Virus record (IMG/VR): IMGVR_UViG_3300045115_000211
Location: 1-64,000 of that record
Origin: a virus
DNA length: 64,000 nt
Reading direction: 5' to 3' (one strand)
Shown here: in pieces, positions 38,029 to 48,632 of the stretch
How positions within the stretch are numbered: the stretch's first letter is position 1
How the letters are laid out: each line of letters starts with the position of its first letter
Notes under the pieces: model-generated
Databases searched by the model: none
The model's input: only the letters and a program-made list of their open reading frames with translations
What the model was told of the DNA's origin: nothing
Translations under genes and position numbers: made by a program

Positions 38029-38461
38029 CCGTGCGGGGCTTGACGCGGCCATCTCCAGTGGCGTCCCCCACGGAGGGTGGGTGCCGAGGGGCAGGCGTTC
38101 CGAGGACGGCACGGTCCCGGAGAAGTATGCCCTCAAGGAGACTGGGGCTCCCGGATACCTCGTCAGGACGCGGCTCAACGCGACGATCTCGGACGCCACG
38201 GTGGTCTTCACGCACGGAACCCCGCGGTCAGGATCGGCCAGGACGATCGAGATCGCGGCCAGCCTCGGCAAGCCGTGCCTGCACGTCGACCTGGACGGCC
38301 AGGGTGACCACATCGCCGCCGTGCTGGGATGGCTCGAAGGCTTGCCCCAGGGGCGCGGCGTCCTCAACGTGGCCGGCAGCCGCGAGTCGTCGTGGCCCGG
38401 CATCGGGGACGAGGTGCGGCGTATAATGCTGGTCGTCATCGAGAGGGGGACGAAGGCATGA
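37985..38461 (+). CDS. SLOG-family protein (putative molybdenum carrier/YpsA-like)
   Basis: IVSGGQAGADRAGLD, GGWVP.G, RT.LN...SDAT, LNVAGSRES. Confidence 0.85.
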   Translation: MRIASIVSGGQAGADRAGLDAAISSGVPHGGWVPRGRRSEDGTVPEKYALKETGAPGYLVRTRLNATISDATVVFTHGTPRSGSARTIEIAASLGKPCLHVDLDGQGDHIAAVLGWLEGLPQGRGVLNVAGSRESSWPGIGDEVRRIMLVVIERGTKA

Positions 38462-38556
38462 GTGCCAAGAACGGGTTCACGCTGATCGAACTTCTGGTGG
38501 TCATCGCGATCAAAGGCGTCACGGGAGTGACGACCGAAGGGAGGAACGTACCGTGA
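38458..38556 (+). other. 32-aa ORF with prepilin N-terminal methylation motif
   Basis: MSAKNG-FTLIELLVVIAI-KGVTG...; coupled to both neighbours. Confidence 0.55.
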
Positions 38557-38973
38557 ACGCACTGGTTCGGATTTTCCATCGACACACGTGGGCCTACGCG
38601 CTTGGAGTATCGCCAGGCGTGTTCAGTGGCGATCCGCGCCCGCTGTGGCGTCCGCCGCGCTTGTCCGGTTTGTGGGAGACGCGAAGAGATCGAGCACTAT
38701 GGCCGCGTCGTCACGGTTGACGGCGTGGAGTACATGGCAGACCCACAATGGCGGGAGAGTGAGCCGAACATCTGCATCATGGCGAGCATCATCGTGCCGG
38801 CGGTCAAGGGGTTCAGGAGCGGGGAGTCTGGGCGCGTCCATTCGGCTCCCCCAGCGTCGACCCAGTCGTCAGCCCCGGCGTCGCATGGAAATGGCGATGC
38901 CTCCGTCGTCGTCGATGGGCACTCGTATGTCCACGACCCGGCGTGCCGCGACGCCTCGCACAGGTAGGAGTGG

Positions 38974-39726
38974 ATGGAACTCGACCGCAGGACGGAGGGG
39001 GTCAGGGCAAGCTGCCGCGTTGCGGCGGCCGTCATGGCGGCGGTTCAGCCGACCGTCAGGGCAGGGTCGTCCACGCTCGACGTGGACGCCGTGGCCGCCG
39101 AGACCATGCGCAGGATGGGAGTCAGGAGCGCCTTCCTCGGGCACCACGGGTTCCCAGGCTCCGTGTGCATCTCGATCAACGAGGAGGTGCTGCACGGCAT
39201 CCCCTCGCGGACGAGGACCATATCCCCCGGTGACATCGTCAAGGTTGACCTCGGGGTGGTCAAGGACGGCTTCTACAGCGACATGGCGCAGACGTTCGTC
39301 ATCGACGACGGCGAGGATGCGACCAGGCGGAAGAGGTCGCTGATGGACGCCGCCTTGTCCGCCCTGATGGCTGGGATAGCCGCCGTCAAGGACGGGGAGA
39401 AGGTCCTAGCCGTCGCCACAGCCATCAGCGGTGTCCTCAGGTCGAGGGGCTACGAGCCGATCGATGGGATGTCTGGCCACGGCGTCGGCGTCAGGCTCCA
39501 CGAGCCGCCGCAGGTCCCGAACAGGATCGAGGGTTGGGACTGCAGTGCGGTCATGCGGAGGGGCATGACCCTGGCCATCGAGCCGATGGTCGGGCTGGGG
39601 TCTCCAAAGGCCAGGTTCAGGAGCGACGGGTGGACGGTCGTCATGTCAGACGGGCTTCCTTCCGCCCACTTCGAGCACACGGTGCTCGTCACCGACGGGC
39701 AGGCAGAGGTGCTGACGGTAGTCTGA
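38974..39726 (+). CDS. map: methionine aminopeptidase type I
   Basis: CISINEEVLHGIP, D.G...DGFYSD, GHGVG.LHE, IEPM, SAHFEHT. Confidence 0.95.
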   Translation: MELDRRTEGVRASCRVAAAVMAAVQPTVRAGSSTLDVDAVAAETMRRMGVRSAFLGHHGFPGSVCISINEEVLHGIPSRTRTISPGDIVKVDLGVVKDGFYSDMAQTFVIDDGEDATRRKRSLMDAALSALMAGIAAVKDGEKVLAVATAISGVLRSRGYEPIDGMSGHGVGVRLHEPPQVPNRIEGWDCSAVMRRGMTLAIEPMVGLGSPKARFRSDGWTVVMSDGLPSAHFEHTVLVTDGQAEVLTVV

Positions 39727-39955
39727 CGTCCGGAGAACACGATGGGCAAGCCTCGCGACGAATGGGGCGGTGACGACGGGCGCGACAGGCGCGACCGCCA
39801 CGAGAAGGTCAACTCTTGCGAGGACTGCGGCGAGAACGGCGGCCGCAGGAGGTTCGAACGCGGCATCGACCTCGGGTTCCTGTGCGACTCCTGCTGGCGC
39901 GAGTCGCAGGCCGAGGCAGACCTCGCATCCGAATAGCCTGCTGTATAATGCCCGC

Positions 39956-41038
39956 ATGGCAACCATCTTCAGCCTCTTCACCGGAGCCGGAGGCCTTGAC
40001 CTCGGGTTCGCACAGGCTGGGTTCCGCACGACCCTCGTCGTCGAGACCGACAAGGCCTGTTGCGACACGTTCGTAGCGAACTTCCACGGCGACCTGACGT
40101 CGGTCAACGGTCCCGTCGAGAACGTGTCGTTCTCCGAGGATTCCCCGGGATTGCTGGAGGTTGCGTTCCGTGGAGCGGAATTCGAGAACCGCTTCCTTCA
40201 GCCACATCCAGACGTCGTGATAGGAGGGGCCCCTTGCCAGGCGTTCTCGGTGGCTGGCCTTCAGAACCCAGACGACCCGAGGGGCACCCTGGTGGGCGAG
40301 TTCGTCAGGATCGTCAGGGAGGTCAGACCGAAGGCGTTCGTCCTGGAGAACGTGCCCCGCCTCCTGACCTCGACGAAGCCCCATGCCGAAGCCGCCAGGC
40401 TGTCCGTGCTTGCCCTGCATGACGTCGGCTACTCCGTCACGACGCACGTCCTGAACGCCAGGGACTTCGGCATCCCGCAGTCCCGCGAGAGGGTCTTCTT
40501 CGTCGGGATGATGAGTCCACTCCCCCACCTCCGGGCCTCTTCCACCGACGGCCACATGTTCCCCCACAGGACTGCCGGCGAAGTGCTGCGCGAGATCGGA
40601 AGGGAAGGAAGGGGAAACGTGCCGAACGCCAAGGTCCAGCCGTCCAAGAAGCCCATCCTCCGTCTGACCCCGTACGCCGGGATGCTGTTCAACGGGACAG
40701 GCAGGCCGATCAGGCTGGACGGGTTGTCTGGCGCCCTGCCGGCATCGATGGGAGGGAACCGCACGCCCATCATCGACGACGAGGAACTGTACGACGGGGC
40801 AGAGCCGTGGGTCGTCCGGTACCACTCCAGGCTCGTGGCCGGCGGGGCACCGGAAGCCTCGGCGCCTGTGAGGCTGCGCAGGATGACGACCGTCGAGGCG
40901 GCGGCCTTCCAGGGGTTCCCGTCCGGCTTCAAGTTCCGTGGGAGCCAAAGCAGCGTGTTCAGGCAGATCGGCAACGCCGTCCCTCCCCCGATGGCGCGCG
41001 CCGTGGCGATGGCGGTCAAGGAGCACATGGGGCTTTGA
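39956..41038 (+). CDS. DNA cytosine-5 methyltransferase
   Basis: LFTGAGG, GAPCQAFS, ENV, PQSRER, QIGNAVPP. Confidence 0.95.
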   Translation: MATIFSLFTGAGGLDLGFAQAGFRTTLVVETDKACCDTFVANFHGDLTSVNGPVENVSFSEDSPGLLEVAFRGAEFENRFLQPHPDVVIGGAPCQAFSVAGLQNPDDPRGTLVGEFVRIVREVRPKAFVLENVPRLLTSTKPHAEAARLSVLALHDVGYSVTTHVLNARDFGIPQSRERVFFVGMMSPLPHLRASSTDGHMFPHRTAGEVLREIGREGRGNVPNAKVQPSKKPILRLTPYAGMLFNGTGRPIRLDGLSGALPASMGGNRTPIIDDEELYDGAEPWVVRYHSRLVAGGAPEASAPVRLRRMTTVEAAAFQGFPSGFKFRGSQSSVFRQIGNAVPPPMARAVAMAVKEHMGL

Positions 41039-41048
41039 GGAGGCAGTC

Positions 41049-41261
41049 ATGAGGCAGGCCGTGTTCGGGTTCGCTGGCACACAGTCGCTCGCGCTGAAGT
41101 TGATGAACGTGTTCGAGCGCCACGGGGCGAGCATCGTTGCGATAACCGAGTCGCCGTGCAAGCACGACATCGACAGGTTCAAGGTGTTCGGGTTCGTCGA
41201 GGAGCAGTCGCAGGCCGATGCCATCGCGAAGGAAATCGATAAGTTGCGGCAGGGGGCTTGA
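41049..41261 (+). CDS. hypothetical protein
   Basis: GAGGAGG RBS. Confidence 0.5.
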   Translation: MRQAVFGFAGTQSLALKLMNVFERHGASIVAITESPCKHDIDRFKVFGFVEEQSQADAIAKEIDKLRQGA

Positions 41262-41306
41262 CTCCGCATCGGACATGTCGTATCGTGTTGGCGAACGGAG
41301 AATCGC

Positions 41307-41399
41307 ATGCCGAAGACAGCCAAGCCAGTTAGCGGGACGGGAGAGTGGGCGGCCCACGTCGCCAACATCCAGAACGGGTGTGAGCACGACTGGCGATAA
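41307..41399 (+). pseudogene. orphaned 5' fragment of the gene at 42374
   Basis: KPVSGTGEWAAHVANIQNGCEHDWR* aligns to KPVSGTKEWACHSVNIQTGCENDCRY. Confidence 0.85.
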
Positions 41400-41486
41400 A
41401 TCGTGGCAGGGATTTGACGATGTATTCGAGAATGACCATAGCAATGACCTCAACGGCTGCAAACACGGCAGTCGAAAGGAGTTGCT

Positions 41487-42377
41487 ATGGAACAGACGCT
41501 CGTATGCAGGAAGTGCGGAAAGGACTGCGGCCATCGTCGGGCGATGCTTGGGTATGTGAAGCAACGAATCCTGGTCAAGTCCTGCGACCAATGTCGGGCG
41601 GATTCCAAGACCAAGATGCGGGCGTTGATGGCGGAACGCAATCGCAGTCCAAAGATGCGGGCGTTGAGCTCGAAGAGAATGCGTCGGCTCAACCCAATGC
41701 ACGATGCCAGAGTTGCTTTGCGGGTGGCCGAGACGAACAGAGAGGCGTATCGGACTGGACAAAGGCGTTCGTCGTTCTGCGATCCGGAGACGAAGTCCAA
41801 GGCGGAGGATGGCTCCAGAAGGTTTTGGGGGAGCGAACGGTCAAGAGAACTGAAGGAACGATTCAGGAAGAGAATGTCTCGGTCGAACCCAATGTTCGAT
41901 CCGCAGACCGTAGAGAGGGTTCAAGCAACCCTACGGGATGGTCGCTCCTCAGGACGCATCATCACCCCAAGAGGGAAGTTGCATTGGCTATGGAAGGGGA
42001 ACCGTTCGTTCAACCTTGTGGTTCGATCAAGGCTCTACAAAGTGTGGACAATCCCTGCCGTGGTCAGGGACGGATTTGCTTGCGTACTGTGCGGCAGAGG
42101 ACAATGCTCGTTGCAGGTTCATCATCTCAAGCCACTATCCGTCATCATCGGGGCGGTTCTAGCAAGAGAGGGAGTGCTGGATGTCGAGAGTTTGGCTGGT
42201 TCAGAGCGATACTCTCAACTGGCCGATTTGGTTGTCTCGGAGCATCGTTTGGAGGATGGAATCACGGTTTGCAGGCGGTGTCACGCTTCCATAGATCGTC
42301 AGTATCGTGGGCATGAGATGCTGAACCAAGACAGATTGAGCAACGGGATGCAAGCCGTTAGGCAGAGGACTTCATGA
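41487..42377 (+). mobile_element. HNH homing endonuclease
   Basis: NPM repeats, WKG, RDGFACVLCG...VHHLKP...GITVCRRCH; lower GC. Confidence 0.85.
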
Positions 42378-43174
42378 CAAAACCAGTTAGTGGAACCAAA
42401 GAATGGGCTTGCCATTCCGTCAACATTCAGACGGGATGCGAAAACGACTGCAGATATGGGTATTGCAAGGCCCAAGCCATCAGGTTCGGGAAGGCGACTC
42501 CCGAGTCTTGGAGCCATCCAGTAATCAACCAAAAGGCAGTCAACCAAAAGAGAAGGAAATTGGACGGAACCGTGATGTATCCTACCCAGCACGACATCAC
42601 TCCCGCCAATCTATTGCCATCCATCGGGGTGCTCTGCAAGATGCTGGCCGCCGGCAACAAGGTCCTGATCGTGTCCAAGCCCCACCTGGAATGCGTGCAG
42701 GCCATGGTCACGCAGCTCGACCAGTGGAGGGGACGGGTTCTCTTCCGCTTCACCATCGGCTCGGTCGATGACGATGTGCTCGGCTTCTGGGAGCCGCACG
42801 CCCCCAAGTTCGGCGAACGCCTCAAGGCGTTGCGGCACGCCTATGCCAACGGGTTCGAGACCAGCGTATCGTGCGAGCCGATGCTGGACGACCACGTCCG
42901 GGATGTCATCGAGGAGGTCAGGCCGTATGTCACGGACGCCGTCTGGATCGGCAAACCCAACAAACTGATGTTGCGCGCCGGCATGAACATGGGGTCGCTA
43001 CCTGAGGCGTCGGAGACAATCAAGAGAGCCAACATCCTGATCTCTACGTTCACGGACGACTTCGTCTGGACCCTGTACCGCCAGTACGATGACGACCCGA
43101 TGGTGAAGTGGAAGGACTCGATCAAGCAGGTCATCGGCCTGCCGCGACCGACGGTCAAGGGGATGGACAAGTGA
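42374..43174 (+). CDS. radical-SAM-like protein (DUF5131/SPL-like)
   Basis: GCENDCRYGYC, SKP, RFTIG, WEP.AP...ERL, SCEPML. Confidence 0.65.
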   Translation: MTKPVSGTKEWACHSVNIQTGCENDCRYGYCKAQAIRFGKATPESWSHPVINQKAVNQKRRKLDGTVMYPTQHDITPANLLPSIGVLCKMLAAGNKVLIVSKPHLECVQAMVTQLDQWRGRVLFRFTIGSVDDDVLGFWEPHAPKFGERLKALRHAYANGFETSVSCEPMLDDHVRDVIEEVRPYVTDAVWIGKPNKLMLRAGMNMGSLPEASETIKRANILISTFTDDFVWTLYRQYDDDPMVKWKDSIKQVIGLPRPTVKGMDK

Positions 43175-43349
43175 AGGAAGATGAACGGGCGTTTGGATTC
43201 GGGCAAGACCCACAGGTTCGCCTTCTCCCCAGGGCCGCCAGGTGGCCGAGGATGGTCACGCGGGAGGAATTCGAGACGATGGAGAGGGCAAGGAAAGAAA
43301 CCAAGTGCGTACTGTGCGAGGCTGGGATACCCCTCAGGAGGGCAATGGC

Positions 43350-43826
43350 ATGACGACCGACACGTCCGCGGTAGACAGGGACATCGAGCGCGAACTTTCT
43401 GATCAGGATGTCTACCCTCCCGACCTCGTGGTCGCCATGACCATCTGGGGAGAGGCGAGGGGCGAGCCGGTCGATGGCAAGCGGGCCGTGGCGGGAGTCA
43501 TCAGCAACCGCGCCGTCCGGCGCAGCATCAGGACGGGCTATCCCGTCTTCCTGGCCGCGTCGGAGGTTTGCCTCGCCCCGCGCCAGTTCAGTTGCTGGAA
43601 GGACGGCAAGTTCGTCCAGCAGAAGCCCGACGAGTCCTCGGACGCCTGGGTCGACTGCGTCGCGGCCGCCAAGGAAATCTTCCTCGACTCCTACGACCCG
43701 CCCACTGGCGCCACGCACTACTACGCCGTGGGGGCGTGCGAGCGTCCAAGCTGGGCCGACAGGATGGAGTACGTCGGCAAGGTCGGAAGGCACCTGTTCT
43801 ACTTCGAGGACGGATGGAGGGGCTGA
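43350..43826 (+). CDS. cell wall hydrolase (SleB/Hydrolase_2)
   Basis: TIWGEARGEP..GK.AVA.VI.NR, QFSCW, GATHYY, GRHLFY. Confidence 0.9.
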   Translation: MTTDTSAVDRDIERELSDQDVYPPDLVVAMTIWGEARGEPVDGKRAVAGVISNRAVRRSIRTGYPVFLAASEVCLAPRQFSCWKDGKFVQQKPDESSDAWVDCVAAAKEIFLDSYDPPTGATHYYAVGACERPSWADRMEYVGKVGRHLFYFEDGWRG

Positions 43827-43828
43827 CC

Positions 43829-44284
43829 ATGGGCGAGAATTGCGGCTTCGAGCCTATCCTGTGCTTCGCTAGGAACGCCAGGCAGACGCCTGACGAGGTC
43901 TTCGACATGCTGCAGGAGCGCATGATGGCCCTGCTCGGCAAGGCGTACGCCGACAAGGGGATGGGGACCTGCGTGTGGGACGGCAAGGCGAGCGAAGAGG
44001 AGTCCGGGGCGCTGTCGGACTGGCAGGCGTCTTCCGTCCTGCTCACGGCCGAAGACTTCGACCGCCTCGGGGCACCCCTTGGCCTGTCCATGGCGGACGT
44101 GCTCGGGCGGCCGCGGGTGCCCAAGGCGTACGGGGACGCCATCGCGAGGCGCATCAAGGCCTCGCGCGACGCCGGCATCGATCCCGTGGCGTGCTTCGTC
44201 ACGCTGTCGGCGTTCGACCGGATTGGCGACATGGTGGCCGACCGCAAGGCGATGAGCGAGACGCAAAGGGAGGGCATGGCATGA
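43829..44284 (+). CDS. hypothetical protein
   Basis: GGAGG RBS. Confidence 0.5.
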   Translation: MGENCGFEPILCFARNARQTPDEVFDMLQERMMALLGKAYADKGMGTCVWDGKASEEESGALSDWQASSVLLTAEDFDRLGAPLGLSMADVLGRPRVPKAYGDAIARRIKASRDAGIDPVACFVTLSAFDRIGDMVADRKAMSETQREGMA

Positions 44285-44523
44285 CTGGCATAGCTGGATG
44301 GACCTCGTGGATTCTTCGGCTGAACGGCCGGTACGACTCCCTCAAGGACAGGGCAAGGCTGGCGATCCTGGTCGCCCTCGTCATGCCCTTCATCGTTCTC
44401 GTCAACGTGGGATGTGCCATCTGGTCGTTCCCCGTGCTATTGCTTGGTTTCGCATGGTTCGGGGTGTTGTTCTGCTTCAGGATGGCGTGGCTGTGCGGAT
44501 CCAGGACGAGGAGGGCCGGCTGA
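44281..44523 (+). CDS. small membrane protein
   Basis: two TM segments. Confidence 0.45.
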   Translation: MTGIAGWTSWILRLNGRYDSLKDRARLAILVALVMPFIVLVNVGCAIWSFPVLLLGFAWFGVLFCFRMAWLCGSRTRRAG

Positions 44524-45041
44524 TGGGCAACACGAAGTCCGCATGGACAAGGACATCGGACGGCGAGGCGAAGGGCGAGGCCACCCTCGTCATCCTCAAG
44601 CCCGACGCGGTCGCCCGCGGCCTGATCGGAGAGATCGTGGGGAGGCTGGAGCGCAAGGGTCTTGAGATCCTGGCAATGCGGATGCACCCCATCAGCAAGG
44701 CGGAGGCCGTCGCGCTCTACTCCGAGCACGAGGGGAAGCTGTTCTTCGACAGGCTGGTCGGGTTCACGGTGTCCGGACCGTCCGTTCTCATGGTCGTCCG
44801 CGGCAACAACGCCATCGACGTCGTGAGGGCGATGATGGGGGCGACCGACTGCGCGAAGGCGGCCCCAGGGACGATCCGCGGCGACCTCGGAATCACGTCC
44901 TTCGAGAAGACCCTGGTGCATGCCTCAAGGACGCCGCAGGACTTCGACAGGGAGTGGCACATCTTCGAATGGCATGGCGACGCCCATCGGCTTCCCTACA
45001 GGTCGGATCGCGGTTCGGCCTATTCGGAGATGGACGAATGA
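44523..45041 (+). CDS. ndk: nucleoside diphosphate kinase
   Basis: ILKPDAV.RGLIG, MGAT...APGTIRGD, VHAS. Confidence 0.95.
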   Translation: MGNTKSAWTRTSDGEAKGEATLVILKPDAVARGLIGEIVGRLERKGLEILAMRMHPISKAEAVALYSEHEGKLFFDRLVGFTVSGPSVLMVVRGNNAIDVVRAMMGATDCAKAAPGTIRGDLGITSFEKTLVHASRTPQDFDREWHIFEWHGDAHRLPYRSDRGSAYSEMDE

Positions 45042-45497
45042 GCGGCGACAAGGACGGCGGGTTGCCAAGGTTCTTCTGCGGCCAATGCGGGGGGCTTTGG
45101 TGCGTGTGGTGGGGAGGGGACGCCCCGTACGTCTACGGGTTCGTCGACCGGGCCACGGCCGAGCGACTGACGAACGAACTCAACAGGCGCCTCGATGCCC
45201 TGGTCAAGGGAAGGGATGGGGCGAAATGATCGAGGCACGCGACACGGAGAAGTACGGCAGGCTCAGCGACGGCGAGCGCGAGAGGCTTGGAAGGCAGCTC
45301 GGCATGCTCGGCGACCGCGGAAGGATATGCTCCGGCACGAAGGGGGAGGTCGAGGACGAGATCGTCAAGTGGGTCGAGGAGCTCCGGATGGAGTTCCCAT
45401 CGACCTACAGGTCGCACAGCACCTGCAGGGCCCATGCCGTGAGGCTGGCGAACCGTATAATGGGGATAGTCGAGGCAAAGAAAGGGAAGGAAGCAAC

Positions 45498-46091
45498 ATG
45501 AGGACGAGCGGCAACCTGGTCCCGATCGTGATCGAGCAGACGCAGCGCGGGGAGAGGGCATACGACATCTACTCGCGGCTCCTCAAGGACCGCATCCTGT
45601 TCATCGGCACCGGGATCGATGACGAGGTCGCGAACAGCGTCATCGCCCAGCTCCTCTTCCTGCAGGGCGACGACGCCGAGAAGGAGGTCAGCCTCTACAT
45701 CAACTCGCCCGGCGGGCACGTCACGGCGGGGCTGGCGATCTACGACACCATCCGGTTCCTCAAGTGCCCCGTGGCGACCTACTGCGTCGGGCAGGCCGCC
45801 AGCATGGCGGCGGTGCTCCTGTCGGCCGGCACGAAGGGCAAGCGGTTCGCCCTCCCGAACGCGAGGGTGATGATCCACCAGCCGTGGGGCGGGGCGCAGG
45901 GGCAGGCGTCCGACGTCGAGATCCAGGCGAGGGAGATCGTCAGGGTCAAGGCCCGCATCAACGAGATCCTCGCCGCCACGACCGGCAAGCCCCTCAAGGC
46001 CGTCGAGAAGGACACGGACCGCGACTTCTTCATGGACGCCGACGAGGCCGTCAAGTACGGCATCGTGGACAAGGTCGTCGGGAAGCCGTGA
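45498..46091 (+). CDS. clpP: ClpP protease proteolytic subunit
   Basis: [36 protein letters not shown]. Confidence 0.97.
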   Translation: MRTSGNLVPIVIEQTQRGERAYDIYSRLLKDRILFIGTGIDDEVANSVIAQLLFLQGDDAEKEVSLYINSPGGHVTAGLAIYDTIRFLKCPVATYCVGQAASMAAVLLSAGTKGKRFALPNARVMIHQPWGGAQGQASDVEIQAREIVRVKARINEILAATTGKPLKAVEKDTDRDFFMDADEAVKYGIVDKVVGKP

Positions 46092-46349
46092 GCCCTGATC
46101 TCGTCAGAGTGGCCGCGATCCTGCCGTTCTGGCGGTACGCGGTCGGGCCCGCGTCGTCGCACTCCGCGGCCGTCCCGTTCTACAGGCTCGGGTCGGCAGA
46201 GGCGTTCTTCGAGGAGACGAGGCGCAGTCTTCCTTGGGCCGGGTGCGTGCTCTACCGGAGGCGAGGATGGAGCGGGATCGAGACGTTGAGGGAGCACGAG
46301 CCGGCAAAGGCGGTTGACTCCCAAGGGAACGGATGATAGGATTCTGCCC

Positions 46350-48296
46350 ATGGGAACGAACCTCCACCAGCATTCCTGGCACACGAACGTCGCCGAGCTC
46401 GAAGGCCTGATCCGCTACCACCAGCGGCTCTACTATGATCTGAACGCCCCCGAGATCAGCGACGCCGACTTCGACGCGATGTGGGAGAGGCTCAACGAGC
46501 TGGCCCCCCATTCGCCCGTCCTCATGGAACGGTCGCAGTTCGACGCCGACTACCAGCACGCCTTCCCCATGGGGTCGCTGGAGAAGTGCAAGACCCCCGA
46601 GGAGATCGTCCGCCGCCTGGGCGGCAAGTCCAGGGACAACAAGGGCACGGTCACGGCCAAGCTGGACGGGGCGTCCCTGACGGTCCACTACGAGAACGGC
46701 AGGATCGTCCGCGCCGTCACCCGCGGCAGGACGGAGACGGGCAAGGGCAAGATCGTGACGGCGAACGCCCTGGCCATCCCGTCCATCCCAAGGACCATCC
46801 CGATCAACAACCCCGTCGAGGTCCGCGGCGAGTGCGTCATCCTCCTGTCCGACTGGGCGTCCATCGCCGACAAGTACAAGAACCCCCGCAACGCCGCCAG
46901 CGGCGGCCTGTCGTGCCAGGACCCCCGCGAGACGGCGGCGAGGAAGATCACCTTCGTCGCCTGCAAGGTCGTCAGGTACATGCGGACGATCATCGACACG
47001 CAGCCGCTCGCCGAGCTCGTCAACTGGGGCTTCGTCGTTCCCAGGGCGATGGACGTCGACCTGTCGAGCGTCGAGGGCGTCAAGGAGCTCATCGAGACCT
47101 GGCTGGAATGCCGCAGCTCTCTGGACTACTGGAACGACGGCATCGTGGTCCGCATCGCCGACCAGGACGTCTACAACAGCCTCGGGTTCTCCGGCGTGTG
47201 CCCCAACGGGGCCTGCGCCTACAAGTTCGAGAACGAGAGGGCGAGGACCGTCCTGCGCAGGATCGAGACGGAGACCGGCAGGCTGGGCTTCGTGACCCCC
47301 GTGGCGGTCTTTGACCCCGTCGAGCTCGGCGGGGCGACGGTCGAGCGATGCTCGCTCCACAACTGGGAGTGGATGAGGGTCCACGGCAACCCGTCCATAG
47401 GGGCCGAGATCACGGTCGAGAAGTGCGGGGACATCATCCCCGGCCTCGCGTCGGTCGAGAAGCCCGGCAACGGGGACACGGGCGAGCCGGTCGCCTGCCC
47501 GTCGTGCGGGTGCTCTCCCCTCGTCAGGGTCGACACGCAGGACGGCGAGGGCCGCAAGCTCAAGTGCGCCAACGGAATGGCGTGCCCGGCGCAGCGCCGC
47601 GACGCGATCCTCAACATCCTCCGCAAGCTGGAGATCAAGGGGATGGCGGAGACGACCCTCGACAAGATCGTGGCGGCAGGGCTCGTCAAGGACCCGTGGG
47701 ACATCTTCGCCGTCAGCGACGACCTCTCGAAGGCCGGACTCGGGGACGGCGAGATCCGCAACATCCTGGGCGAGCTGCGGGGGCGCCAAGGCAAGCCGAC
47801 CAACATCCTGGCCGCCGTGGGGGTCGAGGGCTGGGGGCGCAGGATGTTCGCCAAGCTCCAGAAGAACGCCCCGGCGTTCACGGACGACCGCCTTCTGTCG
47901 GGAGACTTCCCGTACGAGGAGGTCAGGGACGCCGTCGGCCCGGCGAAGGCGCGGGTGCTGTCCCTGGCGTTCGCCGAGGGGTCGTACCACAGGCTGTTCC
48001 TGCAGGGTCTGCTCAAGTGGGTCGCGCCCGTCGCCAAGGAAGCTGGCGATGCGACCAACGCCGTTGGCGGAAGCCTTTCCGGCAAGACCTTCCTGCTCAC
48101 GGGCACGCTGTCCAAGTCCCGCAAGCTCGTCGAGGCGGACATCGTGGCCGCCGGCGGCGCGATCGCCTCGGGGGTCAGCAAGAACCTGGACTTCCTCGTC
48201 GTCGGAGACGACCCGGGGTCGAAGGTCGACAAGGCCGCGAAGCTGGGAGTGAAGACGCTGGACGAAGCGGAACTGTACGCGATGATCGGCGGATGA
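46350..48296 (+). CDS. ligA: NAD-dependent DNA ligase
   Basis: ISDADFD, KLDG, TRG, EVRGE, NPRNAASG, DGIV, GDIIP, Zn finger, BRCT. Confidence 0.95.
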   Translation: MGTNLHQHSWHTNVAELEGLIRYHQRLYYDLNAPEISDADFDAMWERLNELAPHSPVLMERSQFDADYQHAFPMGSLEKCKTPEEIVRRLGGKSRDNKGTVTAKLDGASLTVHYENGRIVRAVTRGRTETGKGKIVTANALAIPSIPRTIPINNPVEVRGECVILLSDWASIADKYKNPRNAASGGLSCQDPRETAARKITFVACKVVRYMRTIIDTQPLAELVNWGFVVPRAMDVDLSSVEGVKELIETWLECRSSLDYWNDGIVVRIADQDVYNSLGFSGVCPNGACAYKFENERARTVLRRIETETGRLGFVTPVAVFDPVELGGATVERCSLHNWEWMRVHGNPSIGAEITVEKCGDIIPGLASVEKPGNGDTGEPVACPSCGCSPLVRVDTQDGEGRKLKCANGMACPAQRRDAILNILRKLEIKGMAETTLDKIVAAGLVKDPWDIFAVSDDLSKAGLGDGEIRNILGELRGRQGKPTNILAAVGVEGWGRRMFAKLQKNAPAFTDDRLLSGDFPYEEVRDAVGPAKARVLSLAFAEGSYHRLFLQGLLKWVAPVAKEAGDATNAVGGSLSGKTFLLTGTLSKSRKLVEADIVAAGGAIASGVSKNLDFLVVGDDPGSKVDKAAKLGVKTLDEAELYAMIGG

Positions 48297-48632
48297 CATG
48301 GCGACAGCCACGGGTAAGGTCAAGATGGCGGTTGCGGTCGTCAAGGCGCTCCGCGCGTCCTGGGAGACGCCGTCCGCGTCCGACCCGGATGTCAAGCGAT
48401 GGGCCGGCAAGCCGCTCAACGAGCTCAAGAGGAAGCACGACTGGGCCGTCCAGGCGATAAGCGCGATGACGTGGAACACGATGCTGGCCGGAGGGCCAGT
48501 CACTCCGCTCGGGAGGCGGAAGCGATAGCCAACGGGAGCCGAAAACATGTCACACACGACACAGGGAAGGGTGGCGACGTTCATCCACGACGGAGGCGTC
48601 GAAGGGGTGGAACTGCTTCCAAGGGAGGTCAC

